Shown here: positions 48,153 through 58,412 of the stretch, one piece after another
Position numbering within the stretch: the first letter of the stretch is position 1
How the letters are laid out: every line of letters begins with the position of its first letter
NCBI GenBank assembly: GCA_963796245.1
Contig: CAWCLB010000006.1
Location: forward strand, 20,102-84,101
Reading direction: 5' to 3'
DNA: 64,000 nucleotides
Source of the DNA: an uncultured haloarchaeon
GTDB taxonomy: Archaea; Halobacteriota; Halobacteria; Halobacteriales; Haladaptataceae
Made by a program: the position numbers and the translations under genes
Notes under the pieces: model-generated
Database searches by the model: none
The model's input: only the letters and a program-made list of their open reading frames with translations
Told to the model about the DNA's origin: nothing

Positions 48153-49247
48153 TCACGATAGATTCAACATTCGACGTTCGAAGCGGCCGACGCGCACCTT
48201 ATGCCAGCCGCGCAGAGACTCGTCAACGTCCTCGTCACCCGTGTCCGCTCTGAGCACGCCGATGCCGTCGAGTTTCGTCTTCGAGGCGACGATTTCGACG
48301 GTTGAGCGTCGAATCACGGCCGGCGAAAGCTGGTGGTTGCCGCGCCCGAAGACGAACCCCTGCCCACCGATTGGCGAGACGACGATGACGTTTTCGTCCC
48401 CGAGGACGGCGAGGAGTTCCTCCTCGTTCGCGTCCCGCGCGAGCAGTTCACCGTCGCGCCACACGTCAACCCCGAGTGGCGACCCCTCGAATCCCAGTTC
48501 AGCCTTGATGGCGCCGACGGTACTTCCCGGACCGAGAACGTAGGTGACACCCTCCTGTACGTCGTCGGCGACCCCTTGTGCGAGGCTTTCGACCGTCCCG
48601 CCTCCCAACTGTTTGCTCGACTGGAGCGACTCGGCCACGGGTACACGGGCAATCGCTTTCAGTTCCGCTCGAACCTCGCCTTCGCGGTAGGCGTCCTCGT
48701 CGATGTCGTTCACCTCCCGTTCCTCCACGCGGTTGAACCCCGCGGCGACCCGCCCCGCCGCCTTCGGCGTCACCGCGAACACCGACGAGTAGATTTTCAC
48801 GCCAGCGGGGACGCCGAGCATCGGAACCTCGCTCCCTTCCGCGGACAGCGTTTGGGCGACATCGACGGCGGTTCCGTCCCCCCCGACGAACAGGAGCAGG
48901 TCGATGCCTTCCGAAATCAGCCTGCGAACCGCCTCGCGGGTATCATCCGCGTTCGTGTCCACCGCATTTGTCTCCCTCGCGTTCGTGTCCTCACCTTTGG
49001 GTTCGCCGACAACATTCGGGTCGAATCCCGCCGCCTGTGCTTCCTCTTCGCCCATCTCCCCGCCGTAGGTCAGCAGGTCCGTCTCCGGCGCGCGTTCGTG
49101 GAGTGCCGACAACGCATCGATAGCCCTGCCGGGAGCGCGTTGGTCCGCTCCCCGCTCCCGTGCCTCCGCAACCTTGTTATCCGTTCCCTTCAGACCGACT
49201 CGTCCACCCATCCCCGCAATGGGATTGACGACCACGCCGATTCGCAT
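48153..49247 (-). CDS. ATP-NAD kinase family protein
   Basis: VNPIAGMGGRVGLKGTD, GGDGTA, GVPAGVKIYS, GGQGFVFGRGN; start MRIG at 49247. Confidence 0.88.
   Translation of the reverse strand: MRIGVVVNPIAGMGGRVGLKGTDNKVAEARERGADQRAPGRAIDALSALHERAPETDLLTYGGEMGEEEAQAAGFDPNVVGEPKGEDTNARETNAVDTNADDTREAVRRLISEGIDLLLFVGGDGTAVDVAQTLSAEGSEVPMLGVPAGVKIYSSVFAVTPKAAGRVAAGFNRVEEREVNDIDEDAYREGEVRAELKAIARVPVAESLQSSKQLGGGTVESLAQGVADDVQEGVTYVLGPGSTVGAIKAELGFEGSPLGVDVWRDGELLARDANEEELLAVLGDENVIVVSPIGGQGFVFGRGNHQLSPAVIRRSTVEIVASKTKLDGIGVLRADTGDEDVDESLRGWHKVRVGRFERRMLNLS
48948..48992. repeat. 15-bp imperfect tandem repeat x3 (DTNA/ETNA insert)
   Basis: cgcgttcgtgtccac / cgcatttgtctccct / cgcgttcgtgtcctc. Confidence 0.6.
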
Positions 49248-49379
49248 ATCCCGCCGTTGGACAGCGGCAGGGAAATGCATGTGGGTACCGGCGGCGGAGA
49301 GGATTTCGAATGGGTGGGCGTTTTTCGAATTCATGACGAGAGAAGTTTGCTGAGATAACGATTACGAAGAAGCAGACGC

Positions 49380-49660
49380 CGAACACCCCCGCCCAGTCCC
49401 GCGAACGCAGTGACAGGGATGGTGTCGGAGCGTGCCTCCGACTGAACTCGCTACACAACGGATTTGGTTTTTCAGAGACTGCAACGACCGACCGGCAATG
49501 AAACCGCACCGCCTCCACAACCGCGAGCATGTGGTTGCGGTTCGATGCGGTGGGTTGATTGCGGTGGTTTGGGTGTCCTCGTGAGCGACTCGAACGAGTG
49601 GCTCGTCAAAGCAAAGCTCTGATGGAGGGTGAAAGGGGCGGGGGTTTTCTGGGTCGTCAT
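49380..49660. repeat. Intergenic hairpin-rich element(s), REP/MITE-like
   Basis: gtcggag-N5-ctccgac hairpin at 49424-49442; ACCGC x3 facing GCGGT x3 at 49501-49570; no credible ORF. Confidence 0.45.
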
Positions 49661-49792
49661 CGTCGTTGCAGAAATCGCAAAAGAACAAATCACGTCCCTT
49701 CGTAGCGACGGTACTACTGAAAGAACCTAACAGCAACTAATTCCTACTAAAATATACTGCCCAAACGGTACCTGATATCCACCGCTCCGGTT

Positions 49793-50209
49793 TTATCGTG
49801 GATGTTTTCGGATGGATTCGTAGGACGACGGTTCGTCGCCTTCTTCGACGGAGTACAGTCGTTTGACTGGGACGATGGTGTGCATTTTTGCGATGCCGCC
49901 GTCGTGTCGTCGCCACTTGGTTGAGTCGTGGAGGATGTAGCGACGGGGGGCGCGCGCTTTCAGTTCGGCGACGAGTTCGTCGAAGTGGTCGGCGTCGAAG
50001 CGCGCGTCAGGGACGAAGTCGGTATCGACGACCAGCGAATCCCGGCGTGGGACGCGGTCGAGTCGGCCTTCACAGACGCGTTCGAACTCGACTGCCAGCG
50101 ACGGCAGGTCGGTGTCGAGGGGGAGTTTGACGTACGCCTGCCGGTAGTCCGGTTGGTTCGTTTTGCGTTTCCAGTACCGCGAGACCCAATTCATCATCCG
50201 CATGCTCAT
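49793..50209 (-). CDS. Hypothetical protein
   Basis: 138-aa ORF with GC3-rich codons and ttaa/SD-like upstream context. Confidence 0.6.
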   Translation of the reverse strand: MSMRMMNWVSRYWKRKTNQPDYRQAYVKLPLDTDLPSLAVEFERVCEGRLDRVPRRDSLVVDTDFVPDARFDADHFDELVAELKARAPRRYILHDSTKWRRHDGGIAKMHTIVPVKRLYSVEEGDEPSSYESIRKHPR

Positions 50210-50341
50210 TCGCGTGCCACCTTGGATTAATCACTCAAACCGGGGTAGTAGTCGTTTCGCTGTCCGTATCTGCTGAATTAGTGACTCATCAGCACACTTC
50301 AAATCGAAAATACGGGGATGGGTGGCGACCCCAACACGAAT

Positions 50342-50600
50342 CTATCGGAAATTAATCTTCACTTCGAACACGAGACTGGCCACGACGATGAGTACACAGC
50401 CGTCGGCGACGTAGCCGTGCGGCTGGCGCGCCACGAAGTAGTAGTGGGCGAGAACGGCGACGATGGCAGTGTAGAACCTGACCGACAGCAACAGCGGTCG
50501 AAACCTTGTTATGTTGGCTGTACAGCGAATGGACTCCGAGGCTGAGCAGTACGACTGTGAAAAGGAGGGCGGTGACTCGGCGACCACGGGTCGGCATCAT
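50342..50600 (-). CDS. Small 3-TM membrane protein, apparent frameshift near 50475
   Basis: MPTRGRRVTALLFTVVLLSLG... joins ...TAIVAVLAHYYF...VLIVVASLVFEVKINFR in the adjacent frame. Confidence 0.45.
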
Positions 50601-50711
50601 GCGATGTCCTCTTGCCCGCAGTCGAGAGTATCCGTCGTTTAGATTGCACGTAATCGACAGGGGAACCCACCGCTCACTCGCCGAGTTGACGGGGTGATTC
50701 CGCGGTACCAG

Positions 50712-51338
50712 TCAGGCGTGTCTGTCGGCCCGCGAGGGTGGTGGAATCTGTGCTTCGCTCGACCCCGGTGTGTCGGGGAGCAGGCACCGCTCGGGTTCGC
50801 GGTTGACGTGGGCGTACTGTTCGGGTGCGTTCGCCAGTGGATGGGCGGGATTCTGTTCGCTTCGAATCCGGGCAGCCCGGAGTTCGCCGAACCCAGCGAT
50901 TCTGGCGCGGATGCCCCGCCAATGGTACTTGCCCGCACGTGGGACGGAGAACGGCTTCGGCGATTGCCAGTCCGTCCGGTTGTGTGCGAGGACGGCGTTG
51001 TTGACGTTGGCGGCCAGTTGGTCATGGTCTATCAGCACGCCAACTCGCGCCTGTTTCGGTGCGCGGACTGCCAACACGTCGAGTCCGAGGTGAAGCGCCC
51101 GATACTCGGCGACGTTGTTGTCGGGCACGTTGTCGGGCACGGAGAGTCGGGCAACCCGCCCGCCGTCGCGTGTCTCGATGATGACACCGAGTCCACCGCC
51201 ACTCGTCTCTTGGTTGAACGACCCATCGCTCGCGATGTAGAAATCACGATGGTGCGTATGGGGTGGGTGGGCGATATGTGGTGTGGGCGACTCATCGAAC
51301 AGGTCACGTAATGGGGGATGACGGCCGTGAACGGCCAT
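50712..51338 (-). CDS. Ribonuclease HI-like protein
   Basis: YIASDGS, GLGVII, NNVAEYRAL, LIDHD, IRSEQNPAHPLAN. Confidence 0.8.
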   Translation of the reverse strand: MAVHGRHPPLRDLFDESPTPHIAHPPHTHHRDFYIASDGSFNQETSGGGLGVIIETRDGGRVARLSVPDNVPDNNVAEYRALHLGLDVLAVRAPKQARVGVLIDHDQLAANVNNAVLAHNRTDWQSPKPFSVPRAGKYHWRGIRARIAGFGELRAARIRSEQNPAHPLANAPEQYAHVNREPERCLLPDTPGSSEAQIPPPSRADRHA

Positions 51339-51468
51339 ATTTGGCGTAACGATATCGGATTACATAAATCTGCGGTTGCGTTCAACGTGAAATGTCATGT
51401 TACAATGAAACACGGGCGATGTTGTCCAATACCACAGATATATATGTACTAACCCGCCAAGTCAGGGT

Positions 51469-53103
51469 ATGCCCGACGAGCGACTCAATCGGCGGATGTA
51501 TCTGAAATTTGCAGGCGGCGCAGCGGCGTCGGCAACCCTCGCTGGATGTCTCGGCGGTGGGAACAACAACGATAATAACGGTGACGGCGGCTCCAGCACC
51601 GACAGTACCACAACGTCGAGCACTGACAGCGGCGGGAATGGCGGGAACTCCAATTCTGGGGACCTTCCCGCAACCATCACACAGGGGCAGATGCCGTCCA
51701 CGCTCGACCCGCACAACCATCGAGAGACGACGACGGACAACGTCGTCCTGCAGGTGTACGAAGGAATCCTCTCGCGCGACAAGAAGGGGAAAGTCACGAA
51801 GAAACTGGCAACGAAGTACGAACGGACCGGCGACAAGACGGTGGCGTTCACCATCCGCGACGACGTGAAGTTCCACAACGGCGACAAACTGACGCCCGAA
51901 GACGTCGCGTTCAGCGTCAACCGCATCGTGAAATCCGATGTCGGTAACCTCGAAAGCCCACAGAGCGACCAGCTTTCCGGTGTGACTGGCGCAGAGGTCA
52001 AAGACGGCAAAGTCGAGGTCACATCCGATGGTGTCAACCCCATCGTGTTCGGTCTCTTTGCGACCTACTGTGACGTGATGCAGAAGAAGTGGGTGAACAG
52101 TCACAAAAAGAGCTACATCGCAAAGAACATGAACGGAACCGGCCCGTTCCAGCTCAAAAACTACACCGAGGACGTGAAGGTCGTCTTCAAGCGAAACGAT
52201 AACTACTGGCGCGACACGGCAGCAGTGTCGGAGCTGACGTTCAACGCGGCCAAGGAATCCAGCACGCGGGTGAACCAACTGCTCAACGGTGAGACGGACA
52301 TCATCGTCAACGTCCCGCCGCAGGACGCGGGGCACGTCAAAAGCTCGGGGAAAACCACCCTCTCGGCCGTTCCGAGCACGCGCATCATCTACAACGGAAT
52401 GCGCTACGACGTGAAACCGTTCGACAGCCCGAAGTTCCGGCAGGCGATGAACTACGCCATCGACCTCAAGAGCATCGTCAAAAACGTCCTCTCCACCTTC
52501 GCGGGCGAAACCGGCCAACCCACGCTGGAGGGCTTCACCGGCTACAACTCGAACGTCAAACCGTATCCGATGGACAAGAAGAAAGCCGAACAACTCGTTC
52601 AGGAGAGCGGCAACGCCGGGGCGAGTATTACGCTCCACACGCCCGTTGGACGGTATCTCAAAGACGTGGAAATCGCACAGGCGGTGGCCAAGCAGATCGA
52701 CCAACTCAAGAACGTCAACTGTTCGGTGAAACAGCGGGACTTCAACTCGCTCGCCGGGGAGTTGGCCGACGGAAAGATCGACACCGGTCCGCATTTCTAC
52801 CTCATCGGTTGGGGGAACGCGACGTTCGACGCGAGTCAGACCATCATCCCGCTGCTCACGACGGATGGCGCGCTCACGTCCTACAGCAACAAGGACGTGG
52901 ACAAGATGATGAAAGACGCACAGAACATGCCGGATGGGGACAAACGGAACGAGAAACTCCACAAACTCAACAAAAACCTCCACGACCAAGCGCCGTGGAT
53001 CTTCCTCAACCGGCAGTACAGCGTGTACGGCGTCAGCCAGCGCATCAAGTGGCAGGCTCGCCGTGACGAACGTATCGACGCATACGCTATCTCTCCAAAG
53101 TAG
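51469..53103 (+). CDS. dppA: Peptide/nickel ABC transporter substrate-binding Tat lipoprotein
   Basis: NRRMYLK plus LAGC lipobox; VKFHNG, NGTGPF, RQAMNYAID. Confidence 0.93.
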   Translation: MPDERLNRRMYLKFAGGAAASATLAGCLGGGNNNDNNGDGGSSTDSTTTSSTDSGGNGGNSNSGDLPATITQGQMPSTLDPHNHRETTTDNVVLQVYEGILSRDKKGKVTKKLATKYERTGDKTVAFTIRDDVKFHNGDKLTPEDVAFSVNRIVKSDVGNLESPQSDQLSGVTGAEVKDGKVEVTSDGVNPIVFGLFATYCDVMQKKWVNSHKKSYIAKNMNGTGPFQLKNYTEDVKVVFKRNDNYWRDTAAVSELTFNAAKESSTRVNQLLNGETDIIVNVPPQDAGHVKSSGKTTLSAVPSTRIIYNGMRYDVKPFDSPKFRQAMNYAIDLKSIVKNVLSTFAGETGQPTLEGFTGYNSNVKPYPMDKKKAEQLVQESGNAGASITLHTPVGRYLKDVEIAQAVAKQIDQLKNVNCSVKQRDFNSLAGELADGKIDTGPHFYLIGWGNATFDASQTIIPLLTTDGALTSYSNKDVDKMMKDAQNMPDGDKRNEKLHKLNKNLHDQAPWIFLNRQYSVYGVSQRIKWQARRDERIDAYAISPK

Positions 53104-53133
53104 ATGAATTCGTTATCGATGGGGGGTTCATAG

Positions 53134-54120
53134 ATGTCGATGGGACGATTCCTGCTCCGACGCGGTTTGCAAGGAATACTCGTCATCTGGGGGGTCGTTA
53201 CCGTTGTGTTTCTCCTCAGATTCGTCACGCCCGGCAATCCGATTACGGTCATCGCACCCTTGGACGCCTCTCCACAGTTGAAACACAGAATCGCAGTCGA
53301 ACTCGGCTTGAACAAACCGTTGTACGTCCAGTACGGGGAGTACATCTGGAACCTCCTGCACGGCGATATGGGCTACTCGTACGTCTCCGGGACGCAAGCC
53401 AGTACGCGCATCTTCGCCCGCCTTCCGGCGACTGTCGAACTAGCAATTGCATCGAGCATCGTCGCCATCACCCTCTCGATCCCGTTGGGCGTCATCAGCG
53501 CGACGCGACGCCACGACCCGGTCGATTATCTGGCGACGACGTTCTCGCTGGCGGGTATCAGCACGCCGAACTTCTGGCTCGGCATCATGCTGGTCCTGTT
53601 GCTGGCGGTCGGCGGGGCGTTCCCCACGAGCCATCGCGGCATGGGATTCGGGGCCGCAGTGGAGATGCTGCTCACGCAGGGGAGTTTCAGTGGTCTTGTC
53701 ACGTGGGCGAAACACATCTTCCTCCCGGCAGTCACGCTGGGAACGTACTTCACCGCGCTCATCACGCGGCTGACCCGGAGCGGAATGCTGGACGAACTCG
53801 GGAAGACCTACATCCGGGCGTCGCGGGCGAAGGGACTACCGGAGACACTCGTGCGATACAAGCACGCGCTCCGGAACACGCTCATTCCCGTCATCACCGT
53901 CCTCGGCCTTCAGTTAGGGACGCTCATCGGCGGCGCGGTCATTACCGAAGCGGTGTTCGCGTGGCCCGGACTCGGGACGTTGGTAATCCACTCCATCAAC
54001 GCCCGTGACTGGCCGCTCATCCAGGGGACGCTCATCGTCATCGGCATCGGGTTCGTCCTCGTGAACATCGCCGTGGACTTCATGTACGCGTACATCAACC
54101 CGCAGGTGGCCTACGAATGA
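53134..54120 (+). CDS. dppB: Peptide ABC permease
   Basis: LGLNKPLYVQY, GDMGYS, YIRASRAKG, KHALRN, EAVFAWPGLG. Confidence 0.93.
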   Translation: MSMGRFLLRRGLQGILVIWGVVTVVFLLRFVTPGNPITVIAPLDASPQLKHRIAVELGLNKPLYVQYGEYIWNLLHGDMGYSYVSGTQASTRIFARLPATVELAIASSIVAITLSIPLGVISATRRHDPVDYLATTFSLAGISTPNFWLGIMLVLLLAVGGAFPTSHRGMGFGAAVEMLLTQGSFSGLVTWAKHIFLPAVTLGTYFTALITRLTRSGMLDELGKTYIRASRAKGLPETLVRYKHALRNTLIPVITVLGLQLGTLIGGAVITEAVFAWPGLGTLVIHSINARDWPLIQGTLIVIGIGFVLVNIAVDFMYAYINPQVAYE

Positions 54121-55132
54121 TTTCACCACGAACGCTTCGGAACCTCAAACGGGAGTTCCGGACCAGTCTGCTGGCGAAAATCGGTATCGTGCTCGTCATC
54201 GCGGTCATTCTCGTCGCGGTGTTCGCGCCGTTCATCGCCCCGCACAACCCGTATAACCAGAATTTGGACAAGTCGAAACTGCCGCCACTCGGGTTCAGCA
54301 AGCAGACCACGCAGACGAGTTCGAAGATGGTCGATGGACAGGTAAAAATCGTCAAGAATACGACCTACGTGAAAGCACAATCGTCGCATCCGCTCGGAAC
54401 CGACCAACTCGGGCGGGACATGCTCTCTCGCGCGATTTACGGGGCGAGAACGTCGCTCCTCGTCGGTCTGTTTGGAACGTTGTTGGCGATGCTCATCGGC
54501 GTCACCGTCGGATTGGTCGCCGGATACTATGGCGAACTCGTGGACGACGCGCTGATGCGAAGCGCCGACATCATGCTGGCGTTTCCGTCGCTCGTGTTGG
54601 CGATTGCGCTCGTCGGCATGTTCGACCAGCCGGTCTCAGGGTACCCGACCCCTTCGTGGCCAGCGGCCTCGTTTCCGGGATGCCCGCCAAAATCGGGATC
54701 TCGGGGACGGTCGTCGTCGTCGTCGCGCTCGTCAACTGGGTGTGGTTCGCCCGCGTCGCGCGCGGCGAGGCGCTGACGGTAGTCGGCGAGGAGTACGTCA
54801 AGGCGTCTCGGTCGGTCGGGGCGAAGGACTCGTTCGTCCTTCGGAAGCACATCCTGCCGAACAGCGTGACGCCCATCATCGTGCTGGCGACCATCCAAAT
54901 CGCGGCCATCATCCTGCTCGAAAGCTCGCTGTCGTACCTCGGATTCTCCGGGGTGAACCTCTCGTGGGGATTCGACATCTCGCAGGGGAAGGACTATCTC
55001 GCCACCTCGTGGTGGATTTCGACGATTCCGGGGCTGGCAATCGTCATCACCGTCATCGGCATCAACCTCGTCGGTGACTGGTTGCGTGATGCGCTCGACC
55101 CCGGCATCGAGGGCGAAGGAGGTGGCGTATGA
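54117..55132 (+). CDS. dppC: Peptide ABC permease (frameshift near 54640)
   Basis: HPLGTDQLGRDMLSR 5' half; EEYVKASRSVGA...HILPN...ESSLSYLG 3' half. Confidence 0.88.
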
Positions 55133-56335
55133 GCGACCTGCTTCGCGTGCGTGACCTCTCGACCCGTTTCTTCACCGAGAAACGGGCAGGTCAACGCCTG
55201 TGAATCCATCAGTTTCGACGTGCGGGAAGAGGAAGTGTTCGGCGTCGTCGGCGAGTCGGGGTCGGGAAAGAGCGTCGCCGCACTTTCCATCATCGACCTC
55301 GTGGAGTCGCCCGGCAGAATCACGTCGGGCGAGGTGTGGTATCGGAACGCCACGCTCGCCGAGGAAATCGCAAGCAACCGTCCCGAGGCAGTCGATGGCG
55401 AGTTCGTGGATATCCGGCAACTGACGACGCGCGAGCGCCGCGCCCTGCGCGGCCCGTCGTTCAGCATGATATTCCAGGACCCGATGAGCAGTCTGAACCC
55501 GTCGATTACGGTCGGCGAACAGATTGCCGAAGCAGTCGAGGTCCAGCGACGGGCGAAGTCGAACCCGCGTTCGACGCGCTCGCGTTCGCAGGGCTACGGT
55601 CTCGGAAACCTCATCGCGGGGACCATCTTCCCGTCCCGAAGCTACGTCAGCAAACCGAGTCGGGCGAAGGCCATCGAACTGCTCGAACAGGTCGGGATTC
55701 CCGACCCGGCGGACCGCGCCGACGAGTATCCCCACCAGTTCTCTGGCGGGATGCTCCAGCGGGCGATGATTGCCCAAGCACTCGCCGGCGAACCCGACCT
55801 GCTCATCGCGGACGAGCCGACGACGGCGCTCGACGTGACGATTCAGGCCCAGATTCTCGACCTGCTGCGCGAGTTGCAGGAAGACACGGGCATGAGCATC
55901 ATGCTCATCACGCACAACCTCGGCGTCGTCGCCCGGATGTGCGACCGCGTCGGCGTGATGTACGCCGGGGAACTGGTCGAACACGGGACGCTCGAAGACG
56001 TGTTCGACGACTCGGTGCACCCGTACACGCAGGGATTGCTCGGGTCGCTCCCCGACTTGGAGGACCCCGCGCCGCGGCTACAACCCATCGAGGGGAACGT
56101 CCCCGACCTGATAGATTCGGAGATGGACGACCGCTGTTACTTCGCTGACCGCTGTCCGAAGGCGATGGAGGAGTGTCTGTCACACCCGTCCATGCACGAC
56201 ACCGGCGGAAGCCCCGAACACGAAGCGCGCTGTGTCCTCACCGAGATGGAGTTCGACCAAGCGAAGGCGCTTCCGTCGGACTACTTCGTGGAGGGAGACG
56301 AACGAATCGAACCAATGGAGGGAAACGATGACTGA
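55129..56335 (+). CDS. dppD: Peptide ABC ATPase (frameshift near 55180)
   Basis: [14 protein letters not shown]; [30 protein letters not shown]. Confidence 0.9.
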
Positions 56336-57647
56336 CCACCTCGTCCGCGTCGAAGAGCTACAGAAGTTCTACTTCGAACAGGATACGCTGACCGACCGCT
56401 TGCTCGGCCGCGAGCCCAAGAGCGTGAAGGCCGTCGATGGCATCTCCTTTGCCATCGAAGAGGGTGAAACCCTCGGGCTGGTCGGCGAATCCGGCTGTGG
56501 CAAATCGACGACCGGGGAAACCCTGTTGAGTCTACGCGATGCAACCAACGGCCGAGTCGTCTTCGACGGGCAGAACGTCTACGACATGGACGACCTGACC
56601 GAGTTCAGAAAGCGGGCACAGGTCGTCTTTCAGGACCCGTTCTCAAGTCTCGACCCGCGGATGACGGCGGGCGAAATCATCCGTGAACCGCTGGACGTGC
56701 ACAGTGTCGGGTCGCGTGAGGAGCGCCGCGAGCGCGTCCAGGAACTCATGGAGCGCGTCGGTCTGTCGGCGGGACAGATAGACCGCTACCCGCACGAGTT
56801 CTCGGGCGGCCAGCGTCAGCGAATCGGCATCGCGCGGGCGCTCGCGTTGGAACCGGACTTCATCGTGCTGGACGAACCCGTCTCGGCGCTGGACGTCTCC
56901 GTCCAGGCACAGGTACTCAACCTACTGCAGGACTTGCAGAACGAACTCGGGTTGACCTACCTGTTCATCGCCCACGACCTTTCCGTGGTTCGCCACATCT
57001 CCGACCGCGTTGCGGTGATGTATCTCGGAGAAATCGTGGAAGTCGGGCCGGTGGACGAGATATTCACCGACCCACAACACCCGTACACGAAGGCCTTGCT
57101 GGAGAGCGTTCCCCGCGCGGATACGACCGAGCAGGAGCGCGATATCGACACGCTTTCGGGCGACGTGCCGTCGCCGCGAAACCCGCCGTCGGGGTGTCAC
57201 TTCCGGACGCGATGTCCGAACGTCATCCCGCCGGACGACATCCGGATTTCCCAGTCCGCCTATCGCGAGGTGATGGACTACCGCGAACGCCTCGAATCGG
57301 GCGATTTGACGCGCCACGGCGTCCGGGAGTTGGCGGCCGGGCCGGGCAAGAATCCGGACGAAATCGGCGACGAGGCGCTCGTCACCGAGTTGTGGGACGA
57401 ACTGTTCGACCACGAACTCGACGGCGACAACCGCGAAACCGTCGAAATATCGTTCGAGAAGTTCGTTGCCGGCGATCGTGAAGCTGCCATCGACGTGATG
57501 CGGGACCGATTTGCGAGCGTCTGTGAGCGCCAAAATCCAGTGCTCCAGAACCGCGAGCACCCGGCGGCTTGCCACCTCTACGACCAACCGGAACCGCCGG
57601 AATCGAAGTCGGAACGGGAACCCGGAATCGAGTCGTCGGCCGACTGA
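56328..57647 (+). CDS. dppF: Peptide ABC ATPase
   Basis: [38 protein letters not shown]. Confidence 0.92.
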   Translation: MTDHLVRVEELQKFYFEQDTLTDRLLGREPKSVKAVDGISFAIEEGETLGLVGESGCGKSTTGETLLSLRDATNGRVVFDGQNVYDMDDLTEFRKRAQVVFQDPFSSLDPRMTAGEIIREPLDVHSVGSREERRERVQELMERVGLSAGQIDRYPHEFSGGQRQRIGIARALALEPDFIVLDEPVSALDVSVQAQVLNLLQDLQNELGLTYLFIAHDLSVVRHISDRVAVMYLGEIVEVGPVDEIFTDPQHPYTKALLESVPRADTTEQERDIDTLSGDVPSPRNPPSGCHFRTRCPNVIPPDDIRISQSAYREVMDYRERLESGDLTRHGVRELAAGPGKNPDEIGDEALVTELWDELFDHELDGDNRETVEISFEKFVAGDREAAIDVMRDRFASVCERQNPVLQNREHPAACHLYDQPEPPESKSEREPGIESSAD

Positions 57648-57749
57648 CCCCGCGGTTCGACCACCGGACTCCCGATTATTTTCACGGCGTTCGAAGAGCG
57701 ACCATGGACGAAGAGTTATACGCGAAGAAGCAGTACTAGATGAACCCCA

Positions 57750-58412
57750 ATGGTCGCCCGTGAGTACGATTTTTGGCTGCTCGATTTGGACGGGACGCTC
57801 ATCGATATCGACCCGACCTACGTTCGCTCGGTATTCGACCGCGTGAGCGACCGTCTCGGCTACGAATTTACCGACTACGAATCCGAAATCATCTGGCACG
57901 GACTCGGTGGGTCACGCGACGCACAACTCCGCAAATGGGGTATCGACCCCGTCAAATTCTGGGAGGAGTTCCACGCCATCGAAGACCCGCAGGTCCGCGC
58001 CGAAAACACCTACCTCTACGACGACGCCCACTTCGTCGCCGACCTTGACTGCCCGGTCGGACTCGTCACCCACTGCCAGCGGTTCCTCACCGACCCGGTG
58101 CTCGACGGACTCGACATCCGCGACTGGTTCGACACCGTCGTCTGCTGTGACGAGCAGTTGGGTTGGAAACCCGACCCCGCACCGGTCGAGTACGCTATGA
58201 CACAACTCGATGTCGGCGTAAACGACCGCGGCGTCCTCGCTGGCGACGGGTCGAGCGATATCGGCGCGGCGTGGAACGCGGGATTGGACGCGGTGCACGT
58301 CGAACGCCACGACCCCGCTCGCAGAAAACAGTGCGTGCTCGGCGACTACCGCATCAACAGCTTCGACGAGTTATGGATGAACTCCCGGCAGGTCTTCGAG
58401 AACACCGACTAA
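57750..58412 (+). CDS. HAD-superfamily hydrolase
   Basis: DLDGTL, KPDP, GDGSSD. Confidence 0.9.
   Translation: MVAREYDFWLLDLDGTLIDIDPTYVRSVFDRVSDRLGYEFTDYESEIIWHGLGGSRDAQLRKWGIDPVKFWEEFHAIEDPQVRAENTYLYDDAHFVADLDCPVGLVTHCQRFLTDPVLDGLDIRDWFDTVVCCDEQLGWKPDPAPVEYAMTQLDVGVNDRGVLAGDGSSDIGAAWNAGLDAVHVERHDPARRKQCVLGDYRINSFDELWMNSRQVFENTD

Noticed and set aside
49172-50513. ATAACAAGG near-matches to the glycan-locus motif at ~49172 and ~50504
   Set aside because: One mismatch, and located inside coding sequence rather than upstream of a start codon
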